Assembly (NCBI GenBank): GCA_036351355.1
Contig: JAZBOX010000140.1
Span: forward strand, 366 to 64,365
Direction of reading: 5' to 3'
DNA length: 64,000 bases
Source of the DNA: Halieaceae bacterium
GTDB lineage: Bacteria; Pseudomonadota; Gammaproteobacteria; Pseudomonadales; Halieaceae
The notes under the pieces were generated by a model. That model saw only the letters and a list, made by a program, of their open reading frames with translations. It was not told the DNA's origin and did no database searches. Of the stretch, positions 1 to 8,283 are shown one piece after another. A program made the position numbers and the translations under genes. Positions within the stretch are counted from its first letter, which is position 1. Each line of letters opens with the position of its first letter.

Positions 1-696
1 GGTCTGCAGGTAGGCCTCGTCCAGATCCACCGGCTCGGCGATACCGCCGCGATGCACGTTGCTGCGGAACTCCTGCCCCTGGGCGACCCGCCGCATGGCG
101 GCCACAACACGGTCGCCAACGACGAAGGCGCGTATGTCCTTGCCCTTGCTCTCGGCGACGAACTTCTGGATCAGTACGTTCTGGCGCTGGCTTTGCAGCA
201 GCTCGATGATCGACTCCGCCTGCTTGACGGTATCGGCCAGCAGAACTCCGATGCCCTGCGTGCCCTCGATCAGTTTGATCACCACGGGGGCACCGCCGAC
301 GCGCTCGATGGCCGGCAACACGTCCTTCTTGTCGCGGACGAAGGTCGTGCGCGGAATGCCGATGTGGTGTCGGCTCAGGATCTGCAGGCTGCGCAGCTTG
401 TCCCGGCTGTTGAGGATGCCGTGGGCGGTGTTCGCGCAGTACACGTTCATCTCCTGAAACTGCCGCACCACGGCTGTGCCGTAATAGGTGATGGAAGCGC
501 CGATGCGTGGCAGCACGGCGTCGTACTCGCTGAGCTGCTTCTGGCGGTAGTACAGGTCCGGTGAGCCGCGGTCGAGGTCGATGGAGAACTTCAGCGTGTT
601 GAGCACGCGGACCTTGTGGTCCCGCTGCTCGGCGGCTTCGCGCAGGCGTCGGGTGCTGTAGGAATTCGGTGCGCAGGAAAGGATCCCGAGTTTCAT
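1..696 (-). CDS. rimK: ribosomal protein S6 glutamate ligase RimK (ATP-grasp); N-terminal 232 codons, 3' end runs off the window
   Basis: Reverse-strand ATG (complement of 694-696) gives MKLGILSCAPNSYSTRRLREAAEQRDHKVRVLN..., and later ...GILNSRDKLRSLQILSRHHIGIPRTTF..., which is RimK-like. It is absent from the ORF track because it is open to the window edge. The usual rimK partner genes lie next door. Confidence 0.85.
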   Translation of the reverse strand, partial: MKLGILSCAPNSYSTRRLREAAEQRDHKVRVLNTLKFSIDLDRGSPDLYYRQKQLSEYDAVLPRIGASITYYGTAVVRQFQEMNVYCANTAHGILNSRDKLRSLQILSRHHIGIPRTTFVRDKKDVLPAIERVGGAPVVIKLIEGTQGIGVLLADTVKQAESIIELLQSQRQNVLIQKFVAESKGKDIRAFVVGDRVVAAMRRVAQGQEFRSNVHRGGIAEPVDLDEAYLQT

Positions 697-957
697 ATTC
701 CGGCTCCGTAGCCGTTCACCGCGGCGCGATGCTTGATCGCTCCCCGACGTATCACGGCAGGTGAATGTCCGCGGTCGAATCGTCGCGGTTGCATGGGCTC
801 AGTGTAAGGTCAGCCTCGTGGCAACGAAACCTTCGCGATCGTTGAAGCGCCCTGTCCATGCTGCGATGATAGGGTGTTATACCGGGTTCAGACCCGAAGC
901 GGGATCGACCGCCGAAAAGAGCAGTGCCTTCGACGGAAGCGGATCCATTCGAGAGGA

Positions 958-1452
958 ATGCACGTGGCGAAAAAAAACGCGCGAGTCCAGAGGAGCCCCA
1001 AGGGCATCATCGGCTGGCGCGAGTGGTGCGAATTGCCGGAGCTGGAACTGCCCGGGGTGCTGGCAAAAATCGACACCGGCGCGAAAACCTCCAGCCTCCA
1101 CGCGTTCAACATACGCCCCAGTGGGCGCGGCGAAGACTGGCTGTGTTTTTCCGTGCACCCGGTACAGCGCCGGCGGCGGCCGGTGATTCATTGTGAGGCG
1201 CGCTGCGTCGACGTCCGCGCCGTCACCAGCTCGAACGGGAAAAGCGAGGAGCGCCCGGTGATCGAAACCACGCTGGTCATCGGCGGCCGCTCCTTTAGCT
1301 CCGAAATCACGCTTAGCAATCGCGACGAAATGGGCTTTCGCATGCTCATCGGACGCCAGTCGCTCAACAAGCGGTTCCTCGTCGATCCGGCGCTCTCCTA
1401 CTGCTGTGGGGATCGCGAAGAGGCCGATTTGTATCCCACGGCGGGTCCCTGA
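958..1452 (+). CDS. RimK-associated retropepsin-like / ATP-dependent zinc protease family protein (DUF785-type)
   Basis: Contains ...IGWREWCELPELELPGVLAKIDTGAKTSSLHA... and ...FRMLIGRQSL..., typical of this family. ATG at 958 is preceded by GAGAGG. The ORF-track start at 874 is probably too far upstream. It is divergent from rimK. Confidence 0.7.
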   Translation: MHVAKKNARVQRSPKGIIGWREWCELPELELPGVLAKIDTGAKTSSLHAFNIRPSGRGEDWLCFSVHPVQRRRRPVIHCEARCVDVRAVTSSNGKSEERPVIETTLVIGGRSFSSEITLSNRDEMGFRMLIGRQSLNKRFLVDPALSYCCGDREEADLYPTAGP

Positions 1453-1454
1453 CG

Positions 1455-2507
1455 GTGCTTGCGCGGCGCCAGCCCTTCGAGATCGGCGGCGTTCGCATCG
1501 CTCCAGGATCGCGCGACACGCTGTCGCTGAGTCTTCCGGGGCAGGCCCCCTATGCGCCGATGTCCGTACCCGTGCACGTGATCCACGGACGCCGGGACGG
1601 GCCCGTTCTTTTCCTCAGCGCCGCCATTCATGGCGATGAGATCAATGGCATCGAGATCATCCGGCGCATCCGCCATACGAAGGCGCTGAATCGCCTGCGC
1701 GGCACACTCGTCTGCGTGCCCATCGTCAACGTCTACGGATTCATCAATCACACTCGCTATCTTCCCGACCGGCGCGACCTCAATCGTTCCTTTCCCGGCA
1801 GCGAGAACGGCTCGCTGGCCGGTCGCCTTGCACGCCTCTTTGCCAGCGAGGTCGTCGATCGCTGCACGCACGGTATCGACCTGCACACGGGCGCAAACCA
1901 CCGCGTCAACCTTCCGCATGTCCGCGCTGACCTCGATCATCCCGAATCGGCGCGCCTCGCCCGGGCCTTCGGCGCGCCGGTGATCGTCGATGCCAGCCTG
2001 CGCGATGGTTCGCTGCGCGAGTACGGCATGGAGCGCGGCCTGCCGATGCTGCTGTACGAGGCGGGCGAAGGCCTGCGCTTTGATGCCCTGTCGATCCGGG
2101 GTGGCGTGCGCGGCATTCTCAACGTGATGCGCGAACTGGGCATGATCGCCGGAAAGAGCGTTCGCAGCCGTGAGAATCAGGTCGAATCACGCTCCTCGCA
2201 GTGGGTGCGCGCGCCCGTGTCGGGTCTGCTGCGTGTCGAGGTGCCCATGGGCGCCCGCGTCGGCGCCGGTCAGCGTCTGGCGCGTCTTGCCGATGCGATC
2301 GGCGACAACGAGGTCGAGGTCAAGTCGCCGACCGCCGGCATTATTATCGGCCGCACCAACAACCCGGTCGTGAATGGCGGCGATGCGCTGTTCCATATTG
2401 CCAGCGTCGAGAACGGCGCCCACGCCGAGCGCGCGATCGAGCAGTTCCAGGGTTTGCACATCGAGGGCCTCGGCGACGGTGATTTCGCCGATCCCGGGGT
2501 AATCTGA
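1455..2507 (+). CDS. succinylglutamate desuccinylase/aspartoacylase (M14-like) family protein
   Basis: 350-aa ORF with ...AIHGDEINGIEI... and ...DLHTG... metal-site motifs. It lies immediately downstream of the DUF785 gene, the classic rimK neighbourhood. Confidence 0.8.
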   Translation: MLARRQPFEIGGVRIAPGSRDTLSLSLPGQAPYAPMSVPVHVIHGRRDGPVLFLSAAIHGDEINGIEIIRRIRHTKALNRLRGTLVCVPIVNVYGFINHTRYLPDRRDLNRSFPGSENGSLAGRLARLFASEVVDRCTHGIDLHTGANHRVNLPHVRADLDHPESARLARAFGAPVIVDASLRDGSLREYGMERGLPMLLYEAGEGLRFDALSIRGGVRGILNVMRELGMIAGKSVRSRENQVESRSSQWVRAPVSGLLRVEVPMGARVGAGQRLARLADAIGDNEVEVKSPTAGIIIGRTNNPVVNGGDALFHIASVENGAHAERAIEQFQGLHIEGLGDGDFADPGVI

Positions 2508-2611
2508 GGCGAGCTGACAACTGTGATGCGCTTGGTATTTGTCGTGTTGTAAAGCCGCAGGGCCCGCGTACCATTCCAATGCTCTTGATGACTGATCCGG
2601 CGAAGCGGGCG

Positions 2612-3982
2612 ATGAAGCTAGAAGTGATCGTACTGGCGGCGGGGCAGGGAACGCGGATGCGCTCCGAGCTGCCCAAGGTGCTGCATCCCCTGGCGCGTCG
2701 GCCCCTCCTGGCGCACGTCCTCGACACGGTTCGAGCCCTGGAGCCGCGGAAAATTCACATCGTTGTCGGCCACGGTGCCGAGCGCGTTCGCGAAGCCCTT
2801 GATGCCCCCGATATCAACTGGGTGCTGCAGGCAGAACAGCTTGGAACGGGCCACGCCGTGCTGCAGGCGATCCCCGACGTCGACCGCTCGTCGACGGTGC
2901 TGGTGCTCTACGGTGATGTGCCCCTGCTCCGCGAGCTGACGCTGAAGCAGCTGGTCGACAACGCGCCGGCGCTGCTTACGGCGCGCTTCGACGATCCGAG
3001 CGGCTACGGTCGCGTGCTGCGCAGCGACGACGACCAGCTCTGCGGTGTGGTCGAACACAAGGACGCCTCCGAGGAGGAGCTCGCGATCCAGGAGGTGAAT
3101 ACGGGCGTGCTGGCCTATCCGGCCGCGCTGCTGGCCGAGTACCTCCCCCGGGTCGGCAATGCCAACGTGCAGCGCGAGTACTACCTACCCGACGTGCTCG
3201 CCATGGCTGTGGAAGACGGCCACTGCGTGGCCGCGATGCGCACGGGCGACGCCGACGAGGTGCTTGGCATCAACGATCGCGCCCAGCTTGCCGCGGCCGA
3301 GGCCATCGTGCGCTGCCGCGCCGCCGTGGAACTCATGGCCGCCGGAGTGTCGCTCGCCGACCCGACGCGCATCGACGTGCGCGGGCGCCTGCGCTGCGGT
3401 CGCGACGTGTTCATCGACGTGAACTGCGTCTTCGAGGGCGATGTCGTCCTCGGTGATGGCGTGCACGTCGGTCCCAATTGCGTTCTTCGCGAGTCCCGCG
3501 TCGGCGACGACTGCCGAATCGAAGCCATGAGTCACCTCGAGAACGCCGAGGTCGGTGGTGGATGCAGCGTCGGTCCCTTTGCTCGCCTGCGTCCGGGAAC
3601 GCGTCTCGGTGACGGGGCGCGCATCGGCAACTTCGTAGAGACCAAAAAGGCCGATATCGGCCCGGGCAGCAAGGTCAATCACCTGAGCTACGTCGGCGAT
3701 GCGCAGCTTGGTGCGGGCGTCAACGTGGGCGCCGGTACGATCACCTGCAATTACGATGGCGTGGCCAAGCACCTGACTACCCTCGGCAACGACGTCTTCG
3801 TCGGCTCCAACAGCACGCTCGTCGCCCCGCTCACGGTCGGCGACGGTGCTTTCGTTGCCGCGGGCTCAACGCTCACACAGGATCTGCCGCCGGGAACGCT
3901 CGGGGTCGGTCGCAGCAAGCAGCGCAGCATCGACGGCTGGAAAAGCCCGAAGCGTCGCGCCGCTGCCGATCAGGAAGACTAG
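2612..3982 (+). CDS. glmU: bifunctional UDP-N-acetylglucosamine diphosphorylase / glucosamine-1-phosphate N-acetyltransferase
   Basis: MKLEVIVLAAGQGTRMRSELPKVLHPLA... N-terminus and C-terminal left-handed beta-helix hexapeptide repeats. Start placed at ATG 2612; the ORF track begins at 2579. Confidence 0.95.
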   Translation: MKLEVIVLAAGQGTRMRSELPKVLHPLARRPLLAHVLDTVRALEPRKIHIVVGHGAERVREALDAPDINWVLQAEQLGTGHAVLQAIPDVDRSSTVLVLYGDVPLLRELTLKQLVDNAPALLTARFDDPSGYGRVLRSDDDQLCGVVEHKDASEEELAIQEVNTGVLAYPAALLAEYLPRVGNANVQREYYLPDVLAMAVEDGHCVAAMRTGDADEVLGINDRAQLAAAEAIVRCRAAVELMAAGVSLADPTRIDVRGRLRCGRDVFIDVNCVFEGDVVLGDGVHVGPNCVLRESRVGDDCRIEAMSHLENAEVGGGCSVGPFARLRPGTRLGDGARIGNFVETKKADIGPGSKVNHLSYVGDAQLGAGVNVGAGTITCNYDGVAKHLTTLGNDVFVGSNSTLVAPLTVGDGAFVAAGSTLTQDLPPGTLGVGRSKQRSIDGWKSPKRRAAADQED

Positions 3983-3993
3983 GGAGAAAGCCC

Positions 3994-5823
3994 ATGTGCG
4001 GAATCGTTGCCGCAAGCGCGCGGCGCGAGGTGTCGGAAATCCTTCTCGAGGGGCTCCGGCGCCTCGAGTACCGCGGCTACGACTCCGCGGGAATGGCGCT
4101 GATCGATAACGAGCGTCGCCTGCAGCTTCACAAGAGCCAGGGCAAGGTGTCTGCGCTGGAGAGCGCCCAGGCGCTCAACCCGATTCTCGGCTGTACGGGC
4201 ATCGCGCATACGCGCTGGGCAACGCACGGGCAGCCGTCGGCAGCTAACGCGCATCCGCATATCTCCGGTCAGCGCGTTGCCGTAGTGCACAACGGCATCA
4301 TCGAGAATCACGCGCAGCTGCGCGCCGAGCTCTGCGCCGAGGGTTACGACTTCGTATCGGCGACGGACACGGAGGTGGTGGTGCACCTGCTCCACCGCGA
4401 ACTGGAAAACGGCCGCGACCTGCTCGCCGCGCTGCGCAGCGTGGTGCAGCGTCTCGACGGCGCCTATGCCCTCGCCGCGATCGACACGGATCATCCCGAG
4501 GAAGTTGTGGCCGCACGTTCGGGCAGTCCTCTCGTGGTCGGCGTCGGCATCGGCGAGCATTTCCTGGCCTCCGACACGATGGCGCTGCGCCAGGTGACCG
4601 ACCGCTTCATCTACCTCGAAGAAGGCGACCTCGTGGCCTGTTCCGCAGCCGGACTGGCGATCTACGACAGCGCCGGGGAACCGGTGCAGCGCGAGATGAA
4701 GCGGATCTCGAGCGAGGTCGAGGAGGCGGATCTCGGAGACTTCGAGCACTACATGCTCAAGGAGATCTACGAGCAGCCGGCTGCGCTCAGCGCCACGCTC
4801 GCGGCCCTCGTGGACGGCGAGGTCGACGCTGCGCTGTTCGGCGAGGGCGCCGAGGACGTGTTCTCGAGGACCCGCGCTGTGCAGATCGTCGCCTGCGGCA
4901 CGAGCTATCACGCCGGGCTCGTCGCGCGCTACTGGCTCGAGGACATCGCCGGACTTCCCTGTCAGGTCGAGGTCGCCTCCGAGTTTCGCTATCGTCGCCG
5001 CACGGGCCATCCGGGTACGCTGCTGATTACTGTTTCCCAGAGCGGCGAGACGGCCGATACGCTCGCTGCCCTGCGCCATACGGCGGCCGACGAATTCATC
5101 GCCAGCCTGGTGATTGCCAATGTCGACAACAGCTCGCTGGTCCGCGAAAGCGACATGGCGTTCCTGACCCGGGCCGGGGCAGAGATCGGCGTTGCTTCAA
5201 CCAAGGCCTTCACCACCCAGCTCGCGGCCTTTCTTCTGCTCGCGCTGGTGCTGGGAAGAAAGAACGGCATGCCGCCCGATCGAGAGGCGCAGCTTCTCGA
5301 AGGCCTGCGCCAGCTCCCGGGCCTCGTGCGTGAGACGCTTGCCATCGATCCGGCGATCGAGGCCATGTCCACCGCCTTCATCCAGAAGCATCACGCGCTG
5401 TTCCTCGGCCGCGGTATTCAGTACCCGATTGCGATGGAGGGCGCGCTCAAGCTCAAGGAGATCTCCTACATCCACGCCGAGGCCTACCCCGCCGGCGAAC
5501 TCAAGCACGGACCGCTTGCCCTCGTCGACGCGGACATGCCCGTGGTCGCCGTTGCTCCAACCGATGAGCTGCTCGAAAAACTGCGTTCGAACCTCGAGGA
5601 GGTGCGCTCCCGCGGCGGCGCGCTCTACGTGTTCGCCGATCGCGACGCCGGTTTTCACGACGCCCCGGGCGTGCACGTGCTGGCCATGCCGCATGCGCCC
5701 GACCTGCTGCAGCCGGTGATCTACACCGTGGCCCTGCAGCTGCTCGCCTACCACGTAGCCGTGCAGAAAGGCACCGACGTGGACAAGCCAAGGAATCTGG
5801 CCAAGTCGGTGACCGTCGAGTAG
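3994..5823 (+). CDS. glmS: glutamine--fructose-6-phosphate aminotransferase
   Basis: MCGIVAA... Ntn-amidotransferase start, two SIS domains, C-terminal ...KPRNLAKSVTVE. It directly follows glmU. Confidence 0.97.
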   Translation: MCGIVAASARREVSEILLEGLRRLEYRGYDSAGMALIDNERRLQLHKSQGKVSALESAQALNPILGCTGIAHTRWATHGQPSAANAHPHISGQRVAVVHNGIIENHAQLRAELCAEGYDFVSATDTEVVVHLLHRELENGRDLLAALRSVVQRLDGAYALAAIDTDHPEEVVAARSGSPLVVGVGIGEHFLASDTMALRQVTDRFIYLEEGDLVACSAAGLAIYDSAGEPVQREMKRISSEVEEADLGDFEHYMLKEIYEQPAALSATLAALVDGEVDAALFGEGAEDVFSRTRAVQIVACGTSYHAGLVARYWLEDIAGLPCQVEVASEFRYRRRTGHPGTLLITVSQSGETADTLAALRHTAADEFIASLVIANVDNSSLVRESDMAFLTRAGAEIGVASTKAFTTQLAAFLLLALVLGRKNGMPPDREAQLLEGLRQLPGLVRETLAIDPAIEAMSTAFIQKHHALFLGRGIQYPIAMEGALKLKEISYIHAEAYPAGELKHGPLALVDADMPVVAVAPTDELLEKLRSNLEEVRSRGGALYVFADRDAGFHDAPGVHVLAMPHAPDLLQPVIYTVALQLLAYHVAVQKGTDVDKPRNLAKSVTVE

Positions 5824-5918
5824 GCGCTCGCCGCTGGCGCGCTCACGCTCCGGGGCCTGACATCTCCGCCCCAACCAACGGCGCCCGGCAATCCGCGCTC
5901 GCGGTATCCACACGCAAC

Positions 5919-5962
5919 TGTAAACTTGCGTTTACATGAAATCCTGTTAACTTTGTACTACG
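5919..5962 (+). promoter_or_regulatory. pair of TGT-N12-ACA-type palindromes (second imperfect) overlapping a sigma70-like promoter upstream of the acsF pair
   Basis: Site 1 is TGTAAACTTGCGTTTACA (5919-5936), with perfect 7-bp arms. An 8-nt spacer TGAAATCC follows. Site 2 is TGTTAACTTTGTACTACG (5945-5962), ending ACG instead of ACA. Candidate -35 TTTACA (5931-5936) and -10 TGTACT (5954-5959) are spaced 17 nt and lie inside the two sites. Confidence 0.5.
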
Positions 5963-6056
5963 TCGATCCGAGTGATCGACACTGTATTCGCAAGACACCG
6001 CATTTTCGGGCGACAGGCTTCGTGTTGTCGGTGCACTGTAAAGATTGGGGGAAGCC

Positions 6057-6353
6057 ATGGGTCTGCTGACGCGACGCCAGGAAACCGCGCCCTGCGAGGT
6101 CGAGGTGAGTCACTGCTTCGAGAGCCTGCACGCACATCTGAAGTTTCTGAATGGCGCGATCGTCCATCCCGGGGACGAAGTGCTGGTGCACGGCGCTCCC
6201 GTAATGGCGCCCTACGGCGAAGTTGTCCGCGAGGAGCGCACCGCCACAATTACCCGCGCATCGCGCCTCGAGCAGCTCTGGACTCGTCTGACCGGCGATT
6301 TCGAGTTCATGGAGCTGTACGAGTTTTCCTTTTCTGAAGAGGTATCTGTATGA
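6057..6353 (+). CDS. small conserved-looking protein (98 aa) translationally coupled to acsF; possible cyclase accessory subunit
   Basis: ATG 6057 is preceded by GGGGGAAG. The stop overlaps the acsF start (ATGA at 6350-6353). Amino-acid composition is ordinary, not R/A/P-rich junk. I recognise no motif. Confidence 0.6.
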   Translation: MGLLTRRQETAPCEVEVSHCFESLHAHLKFLNGAIVHPGDEVLVHGAPVMAPYGEVVREERTATITRASRLEQLWTRLTGDFEFMELYEFSFSEEVSV

Positions 6354-7480
6354 ACCAGCCCCTCGGACCCGAGGTCGAGCACTCCGCCGATGCGCGCAGC
6401 GTCGAGGCGGCCCTGGACGCTGGCAACTACCGCCAGGCCGTCGTCGACAGCAAGACCGCCACCGATGTGGCGATGCAGAACACGCTGCTGACGCCGCGCT
6501 TCTACACCACTGACTTCGAAGCCCTCGATGCCCTGGATGTAAGCCCCGTGCGCCAGGAGTGGGACCAGATGATGGAGCGCCTGAAGCGCGATCCCAACAA
6601 GGGCCACTTCAAGAAGAACGAAGAGTGGGATGAGATCGACTGGGACGCGATGGATCCCAAGCTGCGCGCCGAGTTCACGGACTTCCTGATATCGTCCTGC
6701 ACCGCTGAGTTTTCCGGTTGCGTCCTTTACAAGGAAATGAAGCGACGCGGCACCAACAAGGACATCACGGAGCTGTTTCAGCTCATGGCCCGCGATGAGG
6801 CCCGCCATGCCGGCTTTATCAACGATGCCCTGCGCGAGGCCGGTATCGCCGTCAATCTCGCCTTTCTTACGGAAAAGAAGAAGTACACCTACTTCCGTCC
6901 GAAGTTCATCTTCTACGCCACCTACCTGTCGGAGAAGATCGGTTACGCGCGCTATATCACGATCTTTCGCCATCTCGAGAAGAATCCCGAGCACCGCTTT
7001 CACCCGATCTTCAAATGGTTCGAGCAGTGGTGCAACGACGAGTTCTGCCATGGCGAGGCTTTCGCGCTGATCATGAAAGCAGACCCGAAGCTGACCAGCG
7101 GCATCAATCGCTACTGGATCAAGTTCTTCCTGACGGCGGTTTACTCGACGATGTTCGTTCGCGACCACCAGCGCCCGGCCTTTCACAAGGCCCTCGGCGT
7201 GGATCCGGACTGGTATGCCCACGCCGTATTCACCAAGACCAGCGAAATCTCGCGCCAGGTCTTCCCGCTCACGCTGGATATCGAACACCCACGCTGGATG
7301 AGGAACCTGCGTCGCCTTCAGCGCGCCAACGTAGCCCTGGCCGATGCCAAGCGCGAAGGTCGTCCGGTCAAGCGTCTGCTGGCATCGGGGCGCGCGGCGT
7401 TGGCATTCGCGGCTCTGCTGACGATTCCCTCGATTTCCAACGAAGTCCCCGTCACCACGCGCCTCGAGCCCGCCTACTGA
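6350..7480 (+). CDS. acsF: magnesium-protoporphyrin IX monomethyl ester (oxidative) cyclase, aerobic di-iron type
   Basis: LLTPRFYTTDF, EFSGCVLYKE, ARDEARHAGF, YITIFRHL and DEFCHGEAF are the AcsF/CHL27 di-iron carboxylate signature blocks in the expected order. Length is 376 aa. Confidence 0.88.
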   Translation: MNQPLGPEVEHSADARSVEAALDAGNYRQAVVDSKTATDVAMQNTLLTPRFYTTDFEALDALDVSPVRQEWDQMMERLKRDPNKGHFKKNEEWDEIDWDAMDPKLRAEFTDFLISSCTAEFSGCVLYKEMKRRGTNKDITELFQLMARDEARHAGFINDALREAGIAVNLAFLTEKKKYTYFRPKFIFYATYLSEKIGYARYITIFRHLEKNPEHRFHPIFKWFEQWCNDEFCHGEAFALIMKADPKLTSGINRYWIKFFLTAVYSTMFVRDHQRPAFHKALGVDPDWYAHAVFTKTSEISRQVFPLTLDIEHPRWMRNLRRLQRANVALADAKREGRPVKRLLASGRAALAFAALLTIPSISNEVPVTTRLEPAY

Positions 7481-7540
7481 GCCTGGGGCCCGCGGCGCGG
7501 GTCCTGACCTTGCTCACCGTCGCGTCGACGGATCCGACGG

Positions 7541-8269
7541 CTACGACCCTTGCTCGCTGACGTAGTCGAGCGCCGTCATGCGGTGGTAGCTGGCGAGGGT
7601 ATAGGCCACATCGACGGGATCCGGGTCGACGATCTCGACCGGGATCATCCGGCTTCGCGCGATATCGAGCGCGATCGCCGTGATGTTCACACTGAACGAC
7701 GTACCCATGAACACCATGCGCTCCGCAAGGAGCATGCGCTGCTGCGCCTCGCCGATTCGATAGAGCTCGGTGTAGAACTCATCGAAGAGCAGCACAAAGG
7801 GCTTCATGGAGTGATTCAGGCGCGGTCGTGGGCCATCAATGCGAAACAGCTCGCGCAGCGATGCATCGACCGCTGACTCGTCGACACGATCCCAGGGTGC
7901 GCTCAGAGCTTCGATCTCGTCGACGCGATCCTGGTCGTGGTACAGCGTCATCTGGTCGATGCGCCCGTGGATTGGTAAGTAGTCCCGATTGCCAGCCTTC
8001 CCATCGAGGCCGTCGACGTTCTGCGTAATCAGATTCTTGTCGGCCAGCCAGTGGTGGACGGCGTTGGGTCCGTGGTCGCGGTAGGTCGCAAAGCGGTGGT
8101 AATACCAGCGCAGGAACTGCTCGGGCTGCTGCTCGTACATGGCGCGCGTGGCCATTTCCTGCGGCGTGTAGTTGCGGCTGCCGATGGTCCAGAAACCATC
8201 GCTGCCGCGAAAGGTCGGGATGCCGCTGGCAGCGCTGACGCCGGCGCCGGTGATATAGAGTGTGTTCAA
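7541..8269 (-). CDS. SIR2-family NAD-dependent protein (deacylase / ADP-ribosyltransferase / NADase unknown), lacking the Zn-ribbon
   Basis: Has GAGVSAASGIPTFRG, TQNVDGL and the catalytic IHGR block. The 242-aa product contains no cysteine at all. TTG start at 8269 has GGGAGA 6 nt upstream and lies 14 nt after the rsgA stop. Confidence 0.8.
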   Translation of the reverse strand: MNTLYITGAGVSAASGIPTFRGSDGFWTIGSRNYTPQEMATRAMYEQQPEQFLRWYYHRFATYRDHGPNAVHHWLADKNLITQNVDGLDGKAGNRDYLPIHGRIDQMTLYHDQDRVDEIEALSAPWDRVDESAVDASLRELFRIDGPRPRLNHSMKPFVLLFDEFYTELYRIGEAQQRMLLAERMVFMGTSFSVNITAIALDIARSRMIPVEIVDPDPVDVAYTLASYHRMTALDYVSEQGS

Positions 8270-8283
8270 GCGCCGTCTCCCGA

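Noticed and set aside
3979-5079. 366-aa minus-strand ORF
   Set aside because: It is antisense to glmS, which has unambiguous homology.
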